DNA from: Candidatus Nanopusillus acidilobi
GTDB lineage: Archaea; Nanobdellota; Nanobdellia; Nanobdellales; Nanobdellaceae
DNA: 32,000 bases
Reading direction: 5' to 3'
NCBI GenBank assembly: GCA_001552015.1
Contig: CP010514.1
Location: forward strand, 180,001 to 212,000
The translations under genes and the position numbers were made by a program. Shown here piece after piece: positions 17,088 through 26,466 of the stretch (its first letter is position 1; each line of letters begins with the position of its first letter). Under the pieces are notes generated by a model. The model did not search any database and was not told where the DNA came from. It saw only the letters and a list, made by a program, of their open reading frames with translations.

Positions 17088-19472
17088 ATGGCACCTGAAG
17101 ATAATCAAAATAATCAAAAAGAATTAAAATTAAGGGTTGCGGAAGCTATTCAAAATGATTTATATAGGGGAATTGTCAGAATTGATACTGAAGCTATGAA
17201 AGAACTTGGAATAAGAATTGGAGATATTGTTGAAATTGAAGGAAAGAAAAAAACAGTTGCAATTGCCCAATTATTACCTCCACAAGATTATGGTCTTGGA
17301 ATAATTAGGATGGATGGTATTATAAGAAAAAATGCAAATGCTACATTGGGAGGATATGTTACTGTTAGGAAAGCTAATGTAAGAGAAGCACAAAAAGTTG
17401 TATTAGCTCCAGCAGCAAAGGGAGTTATATATCAATTTAATACAAGTTATATAAATTCTATAAGAAGATTACTAGATGGAAGACCAGTTGTAAAAGGAGA
17501 TAATATTGTTATATTGACAGGATATAGAAGAAAATTTGATTTATTAGATGAAGAATTTGGATTTTCAATATTTTCAGATCTATTTCCCACTTTTGGATTT
17601 TCAAATGAACTTAGATTTAATGTTGTAAATGTAGTTCCAAAGGGTGCGGTAGTTATAACTGAAAATACAGAATTAGAAATATTGCCACATGCTGTAGAAA
17701 CAAAGGGAGAAATACCAGAAGTTACTTATGAAGATATAGGTGACATGGAAGAAGTTGTTCAAAAGGTGAGAGAACTTGTAGAATTACCATTAAAGTATCC
17801 AGAATTATTTGAAAAACTTGGTATAGAACCTCCAAAAGGTATATTATTATATGGTCCTCCAGGTACTGGTAAAACATTATTAGCAAAGGCAGTTGCAAAT
17901 GAAAGTGGAGCATATTTTATTGCAATAAATGGTCCAGAAATTGTATCAAAATATGTTGGAGAATCTGAAAAAAGATTAAGGGATATATTTGAGGAAGCAA
18001 ATAAAAATGCGCCTTCAATAATATTTATAGATGAAATTGATGCAATTGCACCTAAAAGAGAAGAATCAATTGGAGAAGTTGAGAGAAGATTAGTAGCTCA
18101 ATTATTAACATTAATGGATGGATTAAAATCAAGGGGTAAAGTAATAGTTATAGCAGCAACGAATAGACCAGATGCTGTAGATCCTGCATTGAGAAGACCT
18201 GGAAGGTTTGATAGGGAAATAGAAGTTCCTGTACCAAATGAACAAGGGAGATATCAAATATTAAAAGTCCATACTAGAAATGTTCCTCTAGGTAAAAAAG
18301 AAGGAGATAAATATATATTATTATCTGAGGAAGAAAAAGATAAATTAATTAAAAAATTAGCTTCAATTACATATGGTTATGTAGGTGCAGATCTTGCTGC
18401 TTTAGTAAAAGAAGCTGCAATGAATGTTATTAGAAGATCATTACCAGAAATAGAAAAATATGAAAATAATATACCACAGGAAATTTTAGATCAAATGGTT
18501 GTTACTGAGGAAGATTTTATGAATGCATTAAAAGTTGTACCTCCATCTGCAATGAGAGAAGTATTGGTAGAAGTACCAAAAGTAAGGTGGGATGATGTTG
18601 GTGGATTAGATGAAGTAAAATTAGAATTAAAAGAAGCTGTTGAATGGCCAATAAAAAATAAGAAAATATATGAAAAGATTGGTGTTGAACCTCCAAAAGG
18701 TATATTATTATATGGTCCTCCAGGTACTGGTAAAACATTATTAGCAAAGGCAGTTGCAACAGAAATAGGAGCAAACTTTATTGCAATAAAAGGTCCAGAA
18801 GTATTTAGCAAATGGTTTGGAGAATCTGAAAAAATGATTAGAGAAATATTTAGGAAAGCAAGACAAGTAGCTCCTGCAGTAATATTCTTTGATGAAATTG
18901 ATGCAATTGCACCTAGGAGAGGTTCTAGTATAGGTACAAATGTTTATGATAGTGTTGTAAATCAATTGCTAGCAGAAATGGATGGTATAACTACTAGAGG
19001 AGATGTAATTGTAATTGCAGCAACGAATAGACCAGATATAATTGATCCTGCATTATTAAGACCTGGAAGGTTTGATAGAATAATATATATACCATCTCCA
19101 GATTATAAAGCAAGATTGGAGATATTAAAAATAAAGACAAAGAATATGCCACTAGCCCCAGATGTTAATTTAGAAGAAATTGCAAAAATTACAGAAGGAT
19201 ATAGCGGTGCTGATTTAGAATTACTTGTAAAAGAGGCTGCAATAAATAGGATAAGATTGTCATATGAATCAAAGAGAAAACAAGGACTAAATGAAGAAGA
19301 AGCACTAAAAGAATTAGAAAAAGAAGATATAAAAATTACAATGGATGATTTCAAATCTGCATTAGAAAAAGTAAAACCATCTATAACAAAAGAAATGGAA
19401 AATTATTATAAGGCGTTTGCAGAAACATTTAGAAAAGGAATGATAGCAAAGGATAATAGGTATTATGGATAG
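17088..19472 (+). CDS. cdc48: Cdc48/VCP/p97-type AAA+ ATPase (N domain plus D1 and D2)
   Basis: Double-psi-barrel N domain (LRVAEA...GIVRID...GDIVEIEG). Two full AAA modules, each with [15 protein letters not shown], a Walker B (IIFIDEIDA / VIFFDEIDA) and [18 protein letters not shown]. The C-terminus ...RYYG fits an Hb-Y-X proteasome-docking pattern. Confidence 0.95.
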   Translation: MAPEDNQNNQKELKLRVAEAIQNDLYRGIVRIDTEAMKELGIRIGDIVEIEGKKKTVAIAQLLPPQDYGLGIIRMDGIIRKNANATLGGYVTVRKANVREAQKVVLAPAAKGVIYQFNTSYINSIRRLLDGRPVVKGDNIVILTGYRRKFDLLDEEFGFSIFSDLFPTFGFSNELRFNVVNVVPKGAVVITENTELEILPHAVETKGEIPEVTYEDIGDMEEVVQKVRELVELPLKYPELFEKLGIEPPKGILLYGPPGTGKTLLAKAVANESGAYFIAINGPEIVSKYVGESEKRLRDIFEEANKNAPSIIFIDEIDAIAPKREESIGEVERRLVAQLLTLMDGLKSRGKVIVIAATNRPDAVDPALRRPGRFDREIEVPVPNEQGRYQILKVHTRNVPLGKKEGDKYILLSEEEKDKLIKKLASITYGYVGADLAALVKEAAMNVIRRSLPEIEKYENNIPQEILDQMVVTEEDFMNALKVVPPSAMREVLVEVPKVRWDDVGGLDEVKLELKEAVEWPIKNKKIYEKIGVEPPKGILLYGPPGTGKTLLAKAVATEIGANFIAIKGPEVFSKWFGESEKMIREIFRKARQVAPAVIFFDEIDAIAPRRGSSIGTNVYDSVVNQLLAEMDGITTRGDVIVIAATNRPDIIDPALLRPGRFDRIIYIPSPDYKARLEILKIKTKNMPLAPDVNLEEIAKITEGYSGADLELLVKEAAINRIRLSYESKRKQGLNEEEALKELEKEDIKITMDDFKSALEKVKPSITKEMENYYKAFAETFRKGMIAKDNRYYG
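17826..17898 (+). repeat. 73-nt perfect intragenic repeat, copy 1 (cdc48 D1 Walker A region)
   Basis: gaacctccaaaaggtatattattatatggtcctccaggtactggtaaaacattattagcaaaggcagttgcaa is identical to 18687-18759. The 861-nt offset is confirmed by the two antisense shadow ORFs on the track that share the peptide [24 protein letters not shown]. Confidence 0.9.
18687..18759 (+). repeat. 73-nt perfect intragenic repeat, copy 2 (cdc48 D2 Walker A region)
   Basis: Identical to 17826-17898. Shorter perfect matches also link D1 and D2: 25 nt at about 18030-18054 / 18891-18915 and 21 nt at about 18153-18173 / 19017-19037. Confidence 0.9.
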
Positions 19473-20187
19473 TGTTTCAAGGTATATTTCTCAAATAAAA
19501 TTTTTTGGATTTGAAAAAAATAAAAAAATACAAGAAACATCTGTTGCAATTATTGGTTTGGGAGGTTTGGGTTCCTGGTTATCAGAATTTTTAGTAAGAA
19601 TTGGTGTAAAAAATTTGGCAATTGTAGATTTTGATATTGTAGAAGAAAAAAATCTAAATAGACAAAATTTTATAATTGATGATATTGGGAAATTAAAAAT
19701 AGATTCTATTGAAAAGAGATTAAAAGAAATAGATAATAATATAAATATAGAGAAATATAAAGAAATAAATAGTAAAATATTTAATAAGGATATAATATTT
19801 GATTGTACTGATAATATTAAATCAAAATATTTAATAAATGAATTATCTGTATATTATAATAAGCCATATATATTTGCTTCAGTTGTTATGGATCAGGGAT
19901 TTGTTGGTTTAATAAATCCGGAACAATTTTGTTTATATGATATATATAAAGGTAAAGAAGATGTATTAACATGCGATATTACTGGTGTAGATTTTTCATC
20001 AGTAATCTTTGCAGTTTCTTTGATGTTAAAATTATTTATAAATTATGTATTTGGGAATAAAAATGGAATATTATATCATTTTAATATAGGGGATAAATTC
20101 TATTTAGAAGAAATAAAAGTTAAGAGTAACAATTGCAAAATATGTAAAAGAAAAGAATTTGAATTAATATGGAATTATTTGAAATAA
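19465..20187 (+). CDS. E1-like adenylyltransferase of the ThiF/MoeB/UbaA/TcdA family
   Basis: It aligns by eye with E. coli MoeB. Shared features are RY..QI..FGF, the Gly-rich loop VAIIGLGGLGS, VDFDIVEEKNLNRQ, FDCTDN, the active-site-region LTCDITGV and a C-terminal CKIC pair. The first CxxC of the MoeB Zn site is absent (FCLYDIY). ATG overlaps the cdc48 stop by 8 nt. Confidence 0.75.
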   Translation: MDSVSRYISQIKFFGFEKNKKIQETSVAIIGLGGLGSWLSEFLVRIGVKNLAIVDFDIVEEKNLNRQNFIIDDIGKLKIDSIEKRLKEIDNNINIEKYKEINSKIFNKDIIFDCTDNIKSKYLINELSVYYNKPYIFASVVMDQGFVGLINPEQFCLYDIYKGKEDVLTCDITGVDFSSVIFAVSLMLKLFINYVFGNKNGILYHFNIGDKFYLEEIKVKSNNCKICKRKEFELIWNYLK

Positions 20188-21002
20188 TAAATGAAATAAA
20201 AAATAAGAAAGAATTGAGAAATATATCCGATAAGGTAGTTGAGAATATATTAAAAAGGGAACTAAGAAAAAAACAATATTTATATAAAAGGTTATCTTCA
20301 ATAAAAAATATAAAACAATTGAAAAATGATGAGGAATTTTATTTATTATTTAAAGAGGTAAGAAGAATTTTACATGAATTATATGGTTTATATACTCCAA
20401 AAGAGGATAAGGAAATAGATAAAATATTATTTAATAATGAAATGACATTGGAACAAAAAATAATAGAATTATTAATGTTAACAAGGTCTACTTCTGAAAG
20501 ATTAAATTTTTATAAAGAGATATATAAGAATATATTTATTGAAAAACCAGTAGAAATATTAGATTTAGCATCGGGATTAAATCCTATATCAATTTATTTT
20601 TCAGATCAAAAGCCTAGAAAATATTATTATGTAGATATATCTGAAAAAATATTAGATATAAACTATCAAATATTAAAGGAATTAAATATTGAAAATGAAG
20701 GATGGCTAATTGATTTATTGTATCCAGATGATAGAATATTTAGGCATTATCAATATATATTCTTTTGGAAAATATTTCCAATATTAGAAAAATATGATTT
20801 TTATGCTCCAAGAAATTTATTATCTAAACTAGATTTTGATTATTTAATAATATCTTTCCCTCAAAAAAGTCTTGGAAAAAAGAGAAATCTTGGTTTGGCA
20901 TGGAGATATAAAATTAAAAGATTTGTAACATATAAATTAAAATATAAAATTATTAAAGAATTTGATATTCCATATGAGTATTTTCTTATTGTAGGGAAAT
21001 AA
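20169..21002 (+). CDS. FmrO-family (ArmA/RmtB-like) SAM-dependent rRNA methyltransferase homologue
   Basis: Collinear similarity to remembered ArmA/RmtB sequences. Matching segments are KKELRNISDKVVENIL, RRILHELYGLYTP, RSTSERL (cf. SSTNERV/ASTKERL), SAM motif ILDLASGLNPISIY (cf. ILDFGCGFNPLALY), FFWKIFPILEKYD and IISFPQKSLGKK (cf. VISFPIKSLSGK). Overlaps the E1-like gene by 19 nt. Confidence 0.7.
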   Translation: MELFEIINEIKNKKELRNISDKVVENILKRELRKKQYLYKRLSSIKNIKQLKNDEEFYLLFKEVRRILHELYGLYTPKEDKEIDKILFNNEMTLEQKIIELLMLTRSTSERLNFYKEIYKNIFIEKPVEILDLASGLNPISIYFSDQKPRKYYYVDISEKILDINYQILKELNIENEGWLIDLLYPDDRIFRHYQYIFFWKIFPILEKYDFYAPRNLLSKLDFDYLIISFPQKSLGKKRNLGLAWRYKIKRFVTYKLKYKIIKEFDIPYEYFLIVGK

Positions 21003-21333
21003 TATCTTTTAATTTTAATATATCTTCTTTATTATATTTCTTTAATTTATTGTTTGAAAATATCCATAATTCAATATCAATATTATTAGAATCTTTATAT
21101 TTTTCTGCCAGATGATATAATTCAACTAAATCAATATAATTAATATTACTTATATCTATTTCTCTTTTATTCTTTTTAACTTGTATTAATCTTATATTTC
21201 CTTCTTTATTTATTGCAATTACATCTATAGCAGAATGGGAACCTGGGGTCCTCCAAACATCATATCCTTCCTTTTCTAACATCTTTTTTACTTTTTGTTC
21301 ATAATAATAACCAATTTTATAATTACTTCCCAT
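20986..21333 (-). CDS. hjc: Hjc-like PD-(D/E)XK nuclease (Holliday junction resolvase family) with a Gln in place of the second catalytic Glu
   Basis: GYYYEQKVKKMLEKEGYDVWRTPGSHSAIDVIAINKEGNIRLIQVKK aligns with P. furiosus Hjc G..[41 protein letters not shown]. E12, D37 and K53 are conserved. The position of Hjc E46 is Q51 (caa, 21181-21183). Confidence 0.6.
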   Translation of the reverse strand: MGSNYKIGYYYEQKVKKMLEKEGYDVWRTPGSHSAIDVIAINKEGNIRLIQVKKNKREIDISNINYIDLVELYHLAEKYKDSNNIDIELWIFSNNKLKKYNKEDILKLKDIISLQ

Positions 21334-21384
21334 TTCAAATATAGGAATTTAAACAATTAAAAATATTGTTTTAAATATATTTTT

Positions 21385-24300
21385 ATGGATATAAATGATT
21401 ATTTTTCAGAAATTAAGAAAAAAACATTAGAAGCCTATGAGATTGCAAAAAAGGCAAGATCTTTATCTTTAGATCCTGTTGATGATGTTGAAATACCAAT
21501 TTCTGAAGATATGGCTGAAAGAGTAGTTAATTTATTATCAACAATTGATCCCATTATAAAAGAAATAAATTTACCAGAAAAAATTAGGGAAATAGAAAAA
21601 ACATATAAACCACTTACATTTTCTACAATATTAAAAATATCAGAATATGTATCAGAACAAATATATAATAAAACTAAAGATAAAATTAGGGCTATAGAAC
21701 TTGGATTAAGGGCAGGTTTTGCATATCATACTTTAGGTGTTGTAGCTGCTCCAACAGAAGGAATTGTAAAAGTAATGGCAAAGAAAAGAATGGATGGAAA
21801 AGAATATATTTCAGTATTCTATGCAGGACCTGTAAGATCTGCTGGTGGTACTCCTCAGGCATTTTCAGTTGTAATTGCTGATTTTCTAAGAAGAAAATTT
21901 GGATATGAAAAATATGATCCTACTGAAGATGAAATTCAAAGATATATAATTGAAACTTATGATTATAAGAGAGCAGCCCATTTACAATATACTCCAAAGA
22001 ATGAAGAAATAGAGTTTACAGTTAAAAATTTACCAGTTGAAATAAATGGAGAACCTACAGAAAAAATAGAAGTTTCTGCATATAAAGATTTACCAAGAGT
22101 TGAAACAAATTATATAAGAGGAGGAGCAATCCTTGTACTTGCAGAGGGTATATGTCAAAAAGCTAAAAAGATATGGAAAGAATTATCAAAGATTGCAAAA
22201 GATTTTAATTTGGAAGAATGGTCCTGGTTAGATGAATTAAGAAAATTGCAAGAAAAATTACATGGAGGTTCTTCAGATTCTTCTGAAATAATAAAACCAA
22301 ATGCAAAATATTTAGAACAATTAACTGCTGGGAGACCAATATTTTCCTTACCATCTGCAAAGGGTGGATTTAGATTAAGAATGGGGAAATCAAGGACAAA
22401 TGGACATGAGGCATCTTCTATTCATCCAGCTGCTGCAATTTTAACATATAACTTTTTAGCATGGGGAACTCAATTTGTTGTAGAGAGACCTGGAAAAGCT
22501 TCTGCAGTTACATTTTCAGATACAATTGAACCTCCAGTGGTAAAATTAAAAGATGGATCTGTAATAAAAGTAAAAGATGAAAAAACCGCAAAGGAATTAA
22601 TTGATAAGAATTTGGTAGAAAAAATACTATTTTTGGGTGATATTTTATTTACATATGGAGATTTTTTAGATAACGGACATCCTTTAGTTCCTTTGGGATA
22701 TTGTGAAGAATGGTGGATATTGGAATTTGAAAAAAATGCAAAAGAAAAAGTAAATGGATTTGAAGTTGTTTTTGATATGTTTAAACCAAGAAAATTATTT
22801 GAAATAAAAAATCTAGAAAAATTATCAGAATATTTAGATATTGATAAAAATACTTTGGAAAATTATATTAGAGATCCTATAAAAAATAAACCAGATTTTA
22901 TCAATTCATTAAAGATATCTATATTATTAAATGTTCCATTACATCCGGAATATACATATTTCTGGAAAGATATAAGTTCACAAGACTTTATATACTTATT
23001 AAATTATTTAAAAGAAAAGGCAAAAGTTTCATATAAAGAAATTAAAATAAATGGAGAAAATTATAGAATTGCTGAGAGAATCGAATTAGAATATGATGAG
23101 AGGGCAAAGAATATATTAGAAGAAATACTAATTGAGCATAAATTGGAAAATAATAAGATTATAGTTGAATATCCAAATTCAGCAGCATTATATATACAAT
23201 TAGGATATTTTGAAAAAGTTCCAGAAATAAATAATGAAAAAAATGGATATGAATTAATAAATAAAATATCAAAAGTTATTATTAGAGATAAGGTTGGAAC
23301 CTATATTGGAGTTAGAATGGGAAGACCTGAAAAAGCAAAGATTAGAGAACTAAAAGGTTCAATAATGGTTCTATTTCCTGTAGGAGAAGAAGGAGGAAGG
23401 ATGAGAAATCTTTTAGAATCAATGAAATATCAGAAAATTGTTTCGGATTTAAGAACATATTATTGTCCAAATTGTAAAATATATGTTCCATATAAAAAAT
23501 GTATATTCTGTAATTCAGAAACAAAATTATTAAAGGCAGAAGATGGAAAAGAGAATAGAAAATATGCAATACAGATTTCAAAATATATAGAAGCAGCATT
23601 AAAAAATCTAGGATTAGATTCATCTCAATTGCCAAAAATAGTAAAGGGACCAGAAGGTTTGAGTTCAAGAAGTAAACAACCAGAAAGGTTAGAAAAGGGA
23701 ATATTAAGGGCAAAATATGGTATATTTGTATTTAGAGATGGAACAGTAAGATTTGATGCTATAGAAGCACCAATTACATATTTTAAACCAAAAGATTTAG
23801 TATATACCCCAATAGAAAAATTAAAAGAATTGGGATATACTCATGATATTTATGGAAATCCATTGGAAAATGAAGACCAAATATTGGAATTGAAACCACA
23901 AGATATTATATTACCAACAATTGGTCCATTAAAGAAAGGTGGTAAATTAAAGAAAGATGGATTTTTAATTTCTTTAATGAATACTGCTAAATTTATCGAT
24001 GAAGAATTGGAAAGACTGTATAAAATGAATAAATATTATAATGTAAAGAAACCAGAAGATTTATTAGGACATCTTTTAATTGTTTTAGCTCCTCATACAT
24101 CTGCAGGTACTGTTGGAAGAATAATTGGATTCTCAAGAACTCAGGCATTACTTATGCATCCAATGATGCATGCTGCAATTAGGAGGAATTGTGATGGAGA
24201 TGAAGGGACAGTATTATTATTATTAGATGCTCTATTAAATTTCTCTAGAGAATATTTACCAGATAAAAGAGGAGGAACTATGGATGCTCCATTAACAATT

Positions 24301-24942
24301 ACAATAAAAGTTAAGGGAATGGAAATAGATGATGAGGTACAAAAGTTTGATACTGTTTGGAATTATCCACTAGAATTATATGAAGCGGCATTGCAATATA
24401 AACCTCCAGAATCCGTAAAAATACAAATATTTAAAGAAAGAATTGATACACCAGAAGAATATACAAATTGGGGATTTATGCATGATATAAATTCTATTAG
24501 TGAAAATGGAAATAAAGTTTCTGCATATAAATCTCTAGGAGAGATGTTAGAAAAATTGAATTTTGAATTAAAATTGGCAAAATTATTAAGATCTGTAGAT
24601 CCAAGTACTGTTGCAAGTTTAGTAATAAATTTGCATTTTGCAAGAGATATTAAAGGTAATTTGAGAAAGTTTTCTGAACAAGAATTTAGATGCATAAAAT
24701 GTAATAAAAGATTTAGAAGACCTCCTTTATCTGGAAAATGTGATAGATGTGGAGGAAGAATTGTAATGACAGTTCATTATGGTAGTGTTGTAAAATATTT
24801 AGAACCAAGTTTATGGTTAGCTGAAAAATTAAAGTTGGATGAATATACAAGTTCTAGTTTAAAAGCATTAAAAATGAAAATAGATCAGACATTTGGAAAT
24901 CAATCTAAAGAAAGGCAGATTAAAGATTTCTTTAATTTATAA
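21385..24942 (+). CDS. polC: DNA polymerase D (Pol II) large catalytic subunit DP2, with no intein
   Basis: 1185 aa with the DP2 hallmarks LAPHTSAGTVGRIIGF, HPMMHAAIRRNCDGDE and GGTMDAPL. Zn modules are CPNCK...CIFC and the C-terminal CIKCNKRFRRPPLSGKCDRCGG. Confidence 0.95.
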   Translation: MDINDYFSEIKKKTLEAYEIAKKARSLSLDPVDDVEIPISEDMAERVVNLLSTIDPIIKEINLPEKIREIEKTYKPLTFSTILKISEYVSEQIYNKTKDKIRAIELGLRAGFAYHTLGVVAAPTEGIVKVMAKKRMDGKEYISVFYAGPVRSAGGTPQAFSVVIADFLRRKFGYEKYDPTEDEIQRYIIETYDYKRAAHLQYTPKNEEIEFTVKNLPVEINGEPTEKIEVSAYKDLPRVETNYIRGGAILVLAEGICQKAKKIWKELSKIAKDFNLEEWSWLDELRKLQEKLHGGSSDSSEIIKPNAKYLEQLTAGRPIFSLPSAKGGFRLRMGKSRTNGHEASSIHPAAAILTYNFLAWGTQFVVERPGKASAVTFSDTIEPPVVKLKDGSVIKVKDEKTAKELIDKNLVEKILFLGDILFTYGDFLDNGHPLVPLGYCEEWWILEFEKNAKEKVNGFEVVFDMFKPRKLFEIKNLEKLSEYLDIDKNTLENYIRDPIKNKPDFINSLKISILLNVPLHPEYTYFWKDISSQDFIYLLNYLKEKAKVSYKEIKINGENYRIAERIELEYDERAKNILEEILIEHKLENNKIIVEYPNSAALYIQLGYFEKVPEINNEKNGYELINKISKVIIRDKVGTYIGVRMGRPEKAKIRELKGSIMVLFPVGEEGGRMRNLLESMKYQKIVSDLRTYYCPNCKIYVPYKKCIFCNSETKLLKAEDGKENRKYAIQISKYIEAALKNLGLDSSQLPKIVKGPEGLSSRSKQPERLEKGILRAKYGIFVFRDGTVRFDAIEAPITYFKPKDLVYTPIEKLKELGYTHDIYGNPLENEDQILELKPQDIILPTIGPLKKGGKLKKDGFLISLMNTAKFIDEELERLYKMNKYYNVKKPEDLLGHLLIVLAPHTSAGTVGRIIGFSRTQALLMHPMMHAAIRRNCDGDEGTVLLLLDALLNFSREYLPDKRGGTMDAPLTITIKVKGMEIDDEVQKFDTVWNYPLELYEAALQYKPPESVKIQIFKERIDTPEEYTNWGFMHDINSISENGNKVSAYKSLGEMLEKLNFELKLAKLLRSVDPSTVASLVINLHFARDIKGNLRKFSEQEFRCIKCNKRFRRPPLSGKCDRCGGRIVMTVHYGSVVKYLEPSLWLAEKLKLDEYTSSSLKALKMKIDQTFGNQSKERQIKDFFNL

Positions 24943-24943
24943 A

Positions 24944-25681
24944 ATGTTTATATTATCTGGAATCGGACAAAATAAGGATGAAATACCATATGGACTAATA
25001 GAAGAAATAAAGATTGCAGATTTAGTATTTTTAGAATACTATACAAATTTTATTGATGAAGAAACAAAAGAATTTTTATTAAATATAAGGAAAGATATAA
25101 AGATTGTTGATAGGAATTTTGTAGAATTGGAATTAGAAAAAATAATATTAAATAATAAAGATAAGAAAATAATTTTGATAACATCTGGAAATCCATTATT
25201 TGCTACTACTCATATGTATTTTATTGAACTTTGTAAGAAAAATAATATAGAATATAAAATAATAAATTCTCCATCAATATTTGATGAAATTGGAAAAATA
25301 GGTTTATTTTTATATAAGTTTGGAAGAACAGTTTCAATATCATTTCATGAATCCACAGAATTTTATGATTATATTATAAGGAATTATAAAAATAATTTAC
25401 ATACATTGGTATTATTAGATCTAGATCCAATAAATAATAGATATTTGGATCATAAAGAAGCAATAAAAAGATTATTAGAAATAGATAATAAAAGAGAAAA
25501 AATTTTTAATGATAATTTTAAGTTAATTGTATGTTCTAACCTAAATAGAAAAAATGAGAAGATATATTATAAGGAAATAAAGGAATTACTAAATATAAAT
25601 TTAGACCCTCCAATATGTATTATAATACCGTCAAATTTAAATAAAATAGAGTTAGAATTTTTATTATGTATGATATCCTGA
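24944..25681 (+). CDS. dphB: Diphthine synthase (Dph5/DphB)
   Basis: From Met18 of the track ORF: MFILSGIGQNKDEIPYGLIEEIKIADLVFLEYYT, TSGNPLFATTH, GLFLYKFGRTVSISF and LHTLVLLDL are Dph5 motifs. The track's upstream 17 codons overlap polC and show no homology, so I place the start one base after the polC stop. Confidence 0.8.
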   Translation: MFILSGIGQNKDEIPYGLIEEIKIADLVFLEYYTNFIDEETKEFLLNIRKDIKIVDRNFVELELEKIILNNKDKKIILITSGNPLFATTHMYFIELCKKNNIEYKIINSPSIFDEIGKIGLFLYKFGRTVSISFHESTEFYDYIIRNYKNNLHTLVLLDLDPINNRYLDHKEAIKRLLEIDNKREKIFNDNFKLIVCSNLNRKNEKIYYKEIKELLNINLDPPICIIIPSNLNKIELEFLLCMIS

Positions 25682-26466
25682 TAGAAAAGATAAGGTATAA
25701 TTACTTTATATTGTTCTTTCTAAGTATATTAATAATAGTATTTTCTACATTATTATCATTAAAATCTGGATCATATGGTGGAATATTAATAATTGCAATA
25801 TCTTTAGTTCCTTTTGTTCAAATATACAATAAATTAATAGAAAAAGATGAAAAAATATCTGAAAAGATAAAATCAAAGGAAAATATGTTTCTAAGATATA
25901 AAGAATATTTTATAATGTCTTTTGTAATATTCTTTGCATCAATAATTGGATTTTATATAGGTTATTTAATAAATTATAATCTATTTTATCCACAAATACA
26001 AGCAATAGAAGATATAAGGGAACATGTTATTGCTCTAAGTTATGGACATGCGATATATCCAAATAGTTTCTTTACATACATATTATATAATAATATGACA
26101 GTATTATTATTATTTTTTGCATTTTCAATAATATTTGGTGCTGGATCTATATATTTATTATTATGGAATGCATCAATTATTGGAGTATTCCTTGGTTTAA
26201 GAGCATCTGAATATATTTCAAATAATATTATATATAAGTTTATTTTAATTCCAACTATTAGTCTATTAGAAATCTTACCACACGGAATATTAGAATTTTT
26301 AGGATATTTTTTAGCAGCATTGGCAGGTAATATTTTATCAATAGCATTTATAAAAAACTTAGATAAAGAAACTTTAGAAACTATACTTTCAGATTCTTTA
26401 GCACTATTTGTTTTATCTATATTATTTATATTTATAGCAGCATTAATAGAAGCTTATATTATTTAA
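25666..26466 (+). CDS. SpoIIM/DUF95-family integral membrane protein
   Basis: Polytopic protein with the family pattern NNMTVLLLFFAFSIIFGAGSIYLLLWNASIIGVFLG and LLEILPHGILEFLGYFLAALAG. 16-nt overlap with dphB. Confidence 0.65.
   Translation: MYDILIEKIRYNYFILFFLSILIIVFSTLLSLKSGSYGGILIIAISLVPFVQIYNKLIEKDEKISEKIKSKENMFLRYKEYFIMSFVIFFASIIGFYIGYLINYNLFYPQIQAIEDIREHVIALSYGHAIYPNSFFTYILYNNMTVLLLFFAFSIIFGAGSIYLLLWNASIIGVFLGLRASEYISNNIIYKFILIPTISLLEILPHGILEFLGYFLAALAGNILSIAFIKNLDKETLETILSDSLALFVLSILFIFIAALIEAYII

Noticed and set aside
17722-19354. Five antisense ORFs inside cdc48: 17722..17913, 18491..18811, 18517..18774, 18741..18965 and 19103..19354. Two of them share an identical peptide.
   Set aside because: All are embedded antisense in a highly conserved AAA+ gene. 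The shared peptide is simply the reverse translation of the 73-nt D1/D2 repeat. There is no independent coding evidence.
24893-24943. A 17-codon N-terminal extension of the diphthine synthase ORF (MEINLKKGRLKISLIYK) overlapping polC by 50 nt.
   Set aside because: Dph5 homology begins at the next Met (MFILSGIGQ...), which starts one base after the polC stop. The extension has no counterpart in the family.
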